DNA of 64,000 nt from Geosiphon pyriformis uo1 (taxonomy: Eukaryota > Fungi > Glomeromycota): the NCBI GenBank assembly GCA_016748015.1, contig JAAOMT010000003.1, forward strand, positions 624,373 through 688,372. Direction: 5' to 3'. The notes beneath the pieces are model-generated. The model was not told the origin of the DNA, ran no database searches, and saw only the letters and a list, made by a program, of their open reading frames with translations. Of this stretch, positions 27,173 through 36,500 are shown in pieces. Position 1 is the first letter of the stretch. Every line of letters starts with the position of its first letter. Position numbers and translations under genes: made by a program.

Positions 27173-29060
27173 TGAGATAAAAAAAGAGCTAAAAAACCCA
27201 AACCAGAATACAGATGATTCAATCTTTCCAAAACTGAACCGATTAAGACCTCAAAAGCTACTATTTTTGATTCTAATTTGCCCACCTTGAAGGTCAGAAC
27301 CTTAGAAAAACTTGAGCTAGAGTCATAGACCACATTAACACTAGCTGAAAAAGAAGGAGCAGATGTTAATGTCACATTATCCAAAGCCATATCCACATCT
27401 AAATGTGACACCAAAGAGGTAGGAATGGCTGAAGGAGGAACACTAAAAAGAAGTACTGTTGGTACCAGTTCTATGCAACTTAACTTTTCCAATATGTCGA
27501 ACACCTAATCTATTAAGAGTTTCAAGAAGCATTCTAAAGAGACCAGATGAACACTTAAGGAAGAGTTGTTAGCTGAAGCAAGAGAGGAATTACTGTTTGA
27601 ATTTAAGACACCAGAAAAAGAGAGTCCAGAACTGGAACCAGAACTGAAATGAGAACCACCAGAAAGACCAGCAAATAAGACCACCTGGGTCCAAGTTTTG
27701 CTGTCAAAGAAAGCAGATCAAAAAATCAGAACACTTTTTTTCTTATACAATCTTGCCAACTGAAAACAATACATATCAGAAGCATTTTTTTTAAAGTTTT
27801 TTTCAGAAAGAACAGATACCAGAGTGTCAGAAACATTACATTCTAAAGCTAAGTGTCTAAACTTCCCACACCTTTCACACTGAACCAAGTCTAATCTAGC
27901 CCAAGAAAGTTTCACATTACCAAAAATTGGCTTAATGCAAAATGCAGATTCAAGCTCATTTTCAGATTCAAAACCAACAACGGCACAGTAAGTCCAGTTG
28001 TCAATCTCTAGAGAACAATTGATCACACAAGTTTTCTCACCAGCCTCTTCCAAAAGAATACCAAGATCATGCGCAAATGTTCTCACTGGCAAAGTAAACA
28101 AAAATGCCCTAAAGCAATCTTTAGACATCTAAGTATCCTAATCTCTCATGGCTATAGCCATATATACTGAATTCTTTCCAATAAGGAATAACCATCTTGA
28201 TATCAGTTGCTTTGCCTGCTCCAATTTGGTGAATTTTATCACAGCCTTCTATTACATTCCAATTAGTTGAATCTTAATTGACTTGATATTACCAAACTCA
28301 GAAACTGTGGTAACAATCATCTCCTTAGGCATATCTATGGGAATTTCTTTAATTACTACGGCCCAATCTGAGCAAATTCCTTGTTTTTTGAGATTGCTGT
28401 TTATGTTGATCTCCTTTTCCCTGGCCAATAAAGTGGTTTTATTCATGTTCTCTTTAAAAGTAAAAGTAGATTGGATGATCCCTTCAAATTTTGAGAGGGT
28501 AGTAGCCTTCTCAAAACCATTGATTGTTGAAAAAATCTTTCTAACAAGCTGAGTTTTTGCTGTGACAGATTTGCCTTCTACTGCCAAAAAATTAATATCC
28601 AAAGCAAATAATTTTTTGACTGACACTTCCACTGGAGTCTTAATAATCTTCAGGTTTATTCACTTTTTGTCTAGAAAGATGAGCAAGTGAAGAGGGAGCA
28701 CAATTTCATCATCATCTATATTATAATTGAGGAAACCAAGAGGGGATCCTAGAACAACACCAGTGTTCACTCTTTTTGCCTTGGAAGTATTAGCTGCTGA
28801 GCCCAAAAAAGACCTACTGTCTATACCTTTTATGACAATATTGTCTTCTCCACTACTGAATTCACTTTCCAAATTCAAATACATACTACCAGGACCAGGT
28901 TTGCACAAAAAAACGTCTTTCTTATCACCTAAGTGCTCAATATTGCCTAAAACCACTCTCTTTTTCTGAGAAAAAAAGCCACCAGCAGGACCATAAAAAG
29001 CACTTTTGGGCATCATTTTTTTAGACATATCACCACCCAAAGCAGTCTTTAAATCTACAA
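27169..29060 (-). pseudogene. LINE ORF1, type B (MSKKMMPKSAFYGPAGGFFSQKK...)
   Basis: Fragments 28660-29060, 28252-28632, 27718-28128 (CERCGKFRHLALEC knuckle) and 27169-27504. Confidence 0.9.
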
Positions 29061-29939
29061 TGTTATGGGATAATTTTCTTGTTATATTTAATTGCTGATA
29101 TCCCATTTTAATTGCAATCAGTCTTTCATGAGTTTCTCAATTCTATTTGTGTGATAATGTCACTGTTATACTGAAGGCTTTCTTTTTTACTGTTGCGATA
29201 TAAGTTATTCTTCAATTCTTGATTGTTGTGTGTGTTTATGTACTCCTTTTCAGAGGCTGAACTGAAATCTACCCACTGTTTGGGGTCTTCTCTGAGGCTA
29301 TCCTTGCAATTGCCTGATGTGTTTCTCTAATCTAGAAACACAGAATGTTAATGGTCTTTAGTGCTTTTTTAATTCTTACAATAAAGCTTTTATCAATTAG
29401 TAACAACGTGAATAATCTTGATCAAGGATTATTCTTCCAAGGGATTCAGTTGATGAATAATAGTTTCATTCAATAAATAATACAAGTAAGTTTTTTAATA
29501 CTTTGGGTTGTGATAGTTCAGTTTTAAATATTCTTTTTTATTTCTTTTTGATTTTAAAGGTTTCTTGGGATATTTAATTTGAAAGTATGATTTAAAATGG
29601 AGTTTGTTGGATAAAATTGGATCTATTGCTTGATAAGTTATGATTTTTATTACTTGATTGATTATTTCCCAATATTAAAACTACTGTATATATACATGTT
29701 TGTAGTTCTACGAGAAAACACATTGTAATACTTTCTTTTTTTGATATTTCAACCTGGTGTTTGCTGCTATCACCAGTTGGTGTTGGCTGCTATTGTGAAC
29801 TGGTGCTTGCCACTATCGTGAGATGGTGTTTGCTACTATGTTAATCATTACCTTTCTAAGATTATTACTGTACTATATTATGATTGAATAGTTTGTATTA
29901 TTTTTATGATTCTTTTTGCTAAATTCTTAAACTATAACA
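29061..29939 (-). repeat. 3' LTR of Gypsy A
   Basis: TGTTA...TAACA; about 97.4% identical to 37891-38769 (23 mismatches by manual count, no indels). Confidence 0.97.
29752..29843. repeat. 23-bp tandem repeat (x4) in the U3 part of the LTR (also at 38582-38673; x6 in the solo LTR at 44258-44395)
   Basis: Units acctggtgtttgctgctatcacc / agttggtgttggctgctattgtg / aactggtgcttgccactatcgtg / agatggtgtttgctactatgtta. Confidence 0.85.
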
Positions 29940-29943
29940 TTAG

Positions 29944-29954
29944 CCCCTCTTTTT
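29944..29954 (-). other. Polypurine tract of Gypsy A
   Basis: Minus strand reads AAAAAGAGGGG just before the 3' LTR. Confidence 0.9.
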
Positions 29955-30621
29955 AAGATTGAACTCTGTCAAAATCGAAGTTAATTTCTTCATTAAATTC
30001 TAAGTTACTATAGTGGTTCAATACTGTGTTATTAATTTGTTGTTGTAATTCTTGAAATTGTGAGTTGGTAAGTCGTCCAATACTGTTGGTTGTTATTATG
30101 TTCATGGTTGAGTCCAACAATAATTTGTGACAGTTTTCAAATGCTTTGAAAATTCTGTAAACTGTTTTTGAATGGAATGTAGTGTTGGTTTTTCCAATGA
30201 AAGGTTCTAATAGTTGGATAGTTGTTTTGTCAAACACTTTAGTTGAGTCTTTTGAGTATAATGTTTGTATGTTCAAGTGCTTTTCTAGTTGATAATAACA
30301 GTAATTAATTGGAAATTTCGTTTTTAAGTTGCTAAATGTGTCTGGTGTTAATTCACTTATTTTTATTTCTTCTATTATTAATGTATTGCCCAATGCTATC
30401 TCTAATTTTTCAATAACTTTGCTAATAAATTTGTTGTTATATTTGGCAATATTATATGGTTCGAAATTATGTTCTTTTCTTGTTTTTGGATTTTTTATTG
30501 TTCTTTTTATGTATGTTATTTTGGAGCTATTAACTGTGATTTCTAGATCAGATTTTAATTGTTGTAAGCTTTCAACTAATTGTTGAGTTATATTGTTGAT
30601 GTTTTCTGGAATAAGTATCAT
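29953..30621 (-). CDS. Gypsy A ORF3, uncharacterised 222-aa protein in the env position
   Basis: Intact ORF with aaaacaATG start, ending at the PPT. A decayed homolog occupies the same position in Gypsy C. Confidence 0.8.
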   Translation of the reverse strand: MILIPENINNITQQLVESLQQLKSDLEITVNSSKITYIKRTIKNPKTRKEHNFEPYNIAKYNNKFISKVIEKLEIALGNTLIIEEIKISELTPDTFSNLKTKFPINYCYYQLEKHLNIQTLYSKDSTKVFDKTTIQLLEPFIGKTNTTFHSKTVYRIFKAFENCHKLLLDSTMNIITTNSIGRLTNSQFQELQQQINNTVLNHYSNLEFNEEINFDFDRVQS

Positions 30622-30705
30622 TGTTTTAATTTTGACTGCTATTTTGGAATCTTTTGCATGCGTTTTTATGGTTGTTAAATCATTTTTACTGTAATCTAAG
30701 ATTAA

Positions 30706-32075
30706 TTATCTTTTCAAATAATGTTCAATTAAAACTATTGGTTCTAAATCTTGTGGAATTTGTTCTGGTAGAATTAAAGATAATTGTGTTCCAATTCTGG
30801 GTGTTTTTGTTGTTATTACTGGTTTACTGTAATAGAATTTCAGCCGGTTACCATGTGCTGCTTTTTTTAATATTTTATCATCTAGTCTTAGCTTGTATGC
30901 TCTATTTCCAAGTATTTCATGAATATAAAATGGTCCATCCCACTTGTGATCAAATTTTCCACTCCACTGTTTTTCCATTTTTGTACGATGCAACAATACT
31001 TTATCTCCAATTTTGTAGCTAATTATATTATCTGGTAACTGGTTATCATGTCTCACTTTTTGTTGTTCTTAATATTTTGTGCTGCTTTTCTTCTTTTGTT
31101 TTCTAAAGTTCCCATTAATCCGTATGTTCTTCTAAGTAGTGTTTCCTAGAATGTTGCTTCCATGATAGTGTCACTTGGATAAGTTGGGATAGTAAGTTCA
31201 ACTGGTAATGTGGCTTTTCTTCCATAAACTAGTTCAAATGGTGTGAATTGTGTAATATCTTGTTTTACTGTTCTATATGCTAGTAGTACTGCTGGTATGA
31301 ACAAATCCTATTCTTTTTCATGTTCGTTACTAATTTTTGCCAGTGATTTGCATAATATGTGATTAAATTTTTCAACTAATCCATTTGTTTGAGAGTGGTA
31401 TGATGATGACCGTGGTCGCTTGATTCCAAATTTTTGGTTAAGTTCTTTTAAGGTGCTGTTTATGAAGTGTGTGCCTTGATCTGATAGCAATTTTTGTGGA
31501 CATCCATGTCAGCAAATTAAGTCTTTATGTACAAATTGAGCTATGGAAATAGCATCAGCTGTTTTAATAGCTCTAGCTTCTGGCCATTTGGTGAGATAGT
31601 TCATGGCTACTGCAATATAATGGTTGTTTCTTGTTGTTATTGGTAAGGGTCCAACTAAATCAATTCTGATTCTGTCAAATGGCTGTCCAACTTTTATTGG
31701 TCTTAATAATTCTGTTGTTTTTGCTCCTTCTCTTCATTGGCATGGGTCACAATTTTTTATGTATTGGATTATGTCTGAACTTATTTTTGGCCAATAGTAA
31801 TGGCTAGTTGCATGTTGGATGGTTGCTGTTTTTCCAAAGTGGCCTGAATAAATATCTGAGTGCATGTTAAATAAGATAGTTTCTTTTTCATCCATGGTTA
31901 TAATTCTTAATGGATTATCTGGATTTTGTCGATTCTAGTAATAAAGTATGTGATTTTGGATGAAATAGTGTTTTGCTAATTTTTGGAGCTTAATTAGCTC
32001 TTTTACTGACATTTCTTTGTCTATTTGTAGTGTTTCCAAGTATTGGCTGAGGTTTTTGTAAAGGTGGTTGTTTAT
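30706..32075 (-). pseudogene. Gypsy A integrase, separate ORF (HHCC, DDE core, GPF motif, no chromodomain)
   Basis: MHSDIYSGHFG..CDPCQ; RIRIDLVGPLP; LLSDQGTHF; QTNGLVEKFN; WDGPFYI. A few stops and one frameshift near 31070. Confidence 0.93.
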
Positions 32076-32104
32076 TGTTGTTGTGATGGATGGGTTGGTG
32101 ATTT

Positions 32105-33532
32105 TTATGTGTGTCTCATTCTTGACAAACAGTCCACATTAGCATTTTTGGTACCTTCTTTGTATTTGATAATATAATTATATGGTGCTAACGTTTGTGA
32201 CTATCTGGCGTATTTTCCTTTTAGTGCTTTCTTGTTATTTAACCAGACCAGACCTCTATAATCTGTTGTAATCTCAAAGGGTTGGTACCATAAATATGTG
32301 TCAAAGTGAATACAACTCCAGACTACTGCTAAGCATTCAAGTTCATGTGCTGCGTAGTTTTGTTCTGCCGTACTGAAACTTCTGCTGGCATAAGCGATTA
32401 CACGTTCTCTTCCATTATCATCTTTTTGTGACAGAATGGCTCCAAGTCCAGTTCCAGAGGCATCTGTGGCCAAAATGAATTTCTTGTTGAAATTCGGATA
32501 GATCATTATTGGTGATTCAATGAGCTTTTGTCTAAGGTACTCAAAAGCTTTTTGTTGTGCTTCAGTCCATTCAAACTTCACATTTTTAGATAGTAGGTAA
32601 TTAAGGGGTTTGGCGATGTTTGAAAAGTTTTCTACAAAGCGGTGGTAGTAAGATGCGAGTCCTAAAAAGCTTCTAACTTCTGAAACGTTTCGAGGTACTG
32701 GAAAATTTTTCACTTTGTCTATTTTTGATAGATCTGGTTTTATTCCATCTTTTCCAACTACGTGTCCTAAAAATGCTAGCTCATTTTTCCCAAAAAAACA
32801 TTTTTCTAGATTTAGTTTAAGTCCAGTGTGTCTTAATCTTTCAAAAACTTGTTGTAAATATTGGAGATGATCCATGAATTTTGACGAGAAAACATTTGTA
32901 TCATCCAAGTAGACAACAATGGATTGCCACAAAATTCTGAAGTAAATTACGTTCATTAGTCTTTGGAATGTCGCGGGAGCGTTTGTTAATCCAAATGGCA
33001 TTACATTGAACTCATAATTGCCATTTTGTGTTGTAAATGCTGTTTTATGCCTGTCCTTTGGGTCCATTTCCACTTGCCAGTACTCACTGGTCAAGTCCAG
33101 TGTAGAAAACCATTTTGCTCCTTCAAAAACGTCAAAGATTTTGTCAATTAACAATATTGGGTATGAGTCTTTGGTTGTTTTGCTGTTTAGTTTGTGATAG
33201 TCAATGCAAAATCTAATTTTTCTATTCTTTTTCCTTACTAAAACAACTGGTGAGAACCATGGGCTTATTGATGGTTGTATTATTCCTTTTTCCAACATGC
33301 TTTGGAATTTTTCTCTGATAAAATTATGCTCCATTAGTGGAACACAGTAAGCGCATTGTTTTTCAGGTCTGGCATCTCCAGTGGAGATTTGGTGTTGAAC
33401 CAAGTTGGTTCTTCCAAATTCACCATTTCTTGAAAATATATCAGAGTATTTTAAAATTAATGCTTTTAATTGTCGCTGTTGGTCAGGATTCATTGTTTCA
33501 ATGTTTAATTTGGCCAATTCTTCTGGCGTAAA
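32105..33532 (-). pseudogene. Gypsy A reverse transcriptase and RNase H
   Basis: SPVVLV, RFCIDY, VMPFGLTNAPATFQR, VYLDDT, LATDASGTGLGAIL, ELECLAVVW. One TGG>TAG stop at 32201; the frame ends at SRMRHT* (32105). Confidence 0.96.
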
Positions 33533-36500
33533 TTAATAGCATTCTAATAATTGTTGCCAATTTATTGAAGTGAGTTCACAGTAGAGGGCAATTTCTGAGA
33601 AATTTAGAATTTCTTGTGGTGTTGACGCATTTTCTAGCTCCGTTCCAAGGTATCCAATGATGGTATCTTCCAGAATGTAGACGGGTTCTTCTGTGGTGTT
33701 TGCGATAGGAATTTTTATCCATTGAGCTTTATCAGCTGGAATAAAAAGGTTAGTAAGTCCTATGAGAAACTGTTGGCAAGTTTCTGGGTAGGGCTCAAAT
33801 ATTAGGTCTTTTTCTTTAATTGTTCTTTTTATTCTTATTTCTGATTTTCCATATGGTAGGAGTGTGATGGACCGCTCATTTTTAATTACTTCGCCTTTTT
33901 CCTCTATTGTTTCAGTGAAATTCACTTCAATTCTTTTTTCTGTCGATCCGAAACCAAAAGTTCCTCTCGTTGTTTGTGACAATTCCTCACGATTTTCTAC
34001 TGGCACGAATTTCCCAATTTTTACCAATGGTAGGAAAATTGCTTGTGCAATCTTTTCCTTAGATTCAATGGTATAAGGCTTTTCTGAATTGTTCTGTAGC
34101 AAAACCATCAAATTTCTAGTGTATTTGGAGTCAATTACTCCTCCTTGAATGCTTATTTCTTTTTTCACGAGACTTGATCGCAATGCTATTTGAACTATTA
34201 TTCCTGGTGGAATTTTAACTGCTATTTTTAGGTCGATTTTGATGATGCTCCTGGGTGGTAATGTTGTGGATTGGTCTTCCGGATAATGTAGATCGAATCC
34301 AGCGTCGGTTGGATGGGCTCTTTTGAGTATTATTTCTAAGTGCCTGTTGTCGAAGTATCGGATGTCGGTCATCTGTTCTAAGTTGGTATAGGCTACAAAT
34401 TTTTCTGACTCGAGACCGTCAGGTGAGTCTTGTTGATTTATTGATTGATTTTGAGACTGCTGATTCTTAATTTCCATTTTTCTTTCTAAGTCCCTTTCGT
34501 CTTGACACTTTTCACAGCATTGATTTTGGATGAGACAGTTTTTGCAGAGGTAAGTGTTGATTTGGGCGAAGTATTGTTCTTGCTTTTGTCGAATGAGGCA
34601 TAGTTGTTGATAGTAGTCCTGGAATTTGTCCACTGGGTCGAACATGTTGTAACTGGCAACTTCGTCAGCTACTTCGGCTGACTCTTTCCAATGTTGTATT
34701 TCTTCGGCGGTTCTTCCTCTTACTTTGGCTTGTGTGGTGTTGTACAGCTCATTCTTGTCGTGTGGGTAGTGCTGTAGTCTTTTTAACGCTCTGTTGAATG
34801 CTGCTTCGAATGGCGTTCCTCCTCTTACCCAGTCACAGATGAGGATTGTGTATTGGCAAGTTGCGTCACACGTTCCTCCTCTGTCTGGTATGTCATTCCA
34901 GTTGCACCCTCTTGGTAACGGTTCTCCACAAGCGAGGCATGGTTCCTTGTTCCATTTTCTATGTCTTTTTGGGTAACCGTATTTTTCTTTGTTACAACGG
35001 TTACAATAGTAGTGGGTGGGATTTCTTGGGTCTTTGTCCAGTGCACTGCACGCAGTCATAGACGAGAGTTTCTTCTTGCAAACCAAGCATTTTAGCTTTG
35101 GTCTGCATCGCTGGTGGTTTTTTTGTGAACTTATCTGGTTCCATTTGGATCTTTCTTCGCTGGTCCACATTGGTATGGCTGGTAGTCCTGTTTTTTGGTC
35201 ATCAGCCCAAGAGAGCTGATAGGTTTTGATGGCTGGTAGTGCTGAATTTTCCTCAAATTCGAAGGTAGGTCTTTGGTTGGCGCTGGGTTTTTGGAAGTGG
35301 CCACAGGTGGCTGGAATTTTGGCCTGGTGGCCATTATAATTGATTAGAAGCTCTTGGGTGGTCCAGTTTAGGGTGGCATTGGCTTTTGTTAGCCAGTTAT
35401 TCCCTACTAATGCTTGATATTGTGTAGTGTCCATTACTAATACTTTTGTAGATATTACTATGCTGTTAATTTTGAAAGAGAATGAGTCAATTTCGCCATG
35501 AGGCAGCTTTGTACTTCCATCAGCTATTATGATTTGGGACGTCGCAGCACGATCAACTTTGAAACCCAGTTGGTTTACTAATTGAAGCGTTATGATGCTT
35601 CCAGCGGATTTGCTGTCTAAGATAAGTTTGATTGGGGTATTGTTTACAGTGGCTTCCATATACATAGCAGTAATTGGGCATTTTTCGTCCAATGCTGCTC
35701 CACTGAACATAGTCTTGTTTTTCTCTAATTTAAAAGGAAAAATAGCTGCGAGGCTGCTATCTTCGGTGGCAACTGCTGGTAGTATTGTCTGGCTCAATTT
35801 GGAGAAATTCTTGGTTCTGTTTATGTTTCTACTATCATTGTTTCCGATAATCAGGTTTTCCAGTATATTAAGGTAAGTTTGTTGATAATTTTGGTAGTTT
35901 GGATTGATTTGCTGATTGGTTCCAGCGCAGTTTGGATTCCTCTGAACCAATGCGTTCTGGTTCCACATGAGCTGATTTCGGGCCTCAGGACGCCAATTCG
36001 GGTTGGCTATCATAAGCTGTTGCTGATAAGCTCCTTGATTTTGATATGTGGTGGGATATTGGTGTGGTATTGGCATGTACTGGTTTCTGGGCATTTGAGG
36101 TGGTGCATAGTAATTATTTTTGCATGCTTCCTGCATCATTTGCATTCGACATTGACTAATCAAATGTCCTACACATTTGCAAAAATGGCAGGCACGCATT
36201 TCTGTTCTGAATTCCTGATGCAACGAGTGATTATTTCGACTGTTGCTGACTTCCTGGCTGCGTCTTTGGGGTGGTTGGTATGTATTTTTTTTCAGATCCA
36301 GGATGAGGTAACTTTCTATTTTTTTAGAGAGTTCTTCTCCTAATCGCATTACTCTTTTCTTTAATGTTTCTGTCTTATTTTCCTCCATTACCATGTTAAC
36401 CATTTGACTATAGTTAGCTTCTTTCTCAGCCAATTCAAAGGCTCTGGCGAGTGTAATGGCTTCTGGTAAAGAATTAGGGTGGGCAGAGCATACTCTTCCT

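Noticed and set aside
29057-29062. ACAATG at both Gypsy A junctions, suggesting tyrosine-recombinase-style integration of a circle
   Set aside because: A decayed 4-bp TSD (ACGA) restores the interrupted LINE frame exactly and matches the 4-bp TSDs of the other LTRs. The element encodes a DDE integrase.
29752-29843. CRISPR-like array
   Set aside because: Head-to-tail degenerate 23-mers without unique spacers, inside LTRs, in a eukaryotic context with no cas genes.
29953-30621. ORF3 as an envelope gene
   Set aside because: No signal peptide, transmembrane segment or evident cleavage/fusion motif; only the position is env-like.
30706-30830. Chromodomain at the integrase C-terminus
   Set aside because: After the GPF module there is only a short Pro/Ile-rich tail, with no aromatic-cage chromodomain pattern.
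33533-33535. TAA between the dUTPase region and RT as a programmed read-through site
   Set aside because: The frames are continuous and the stop is most simply a C>T change (CAA or CGA decay), like the many other stops in this window.
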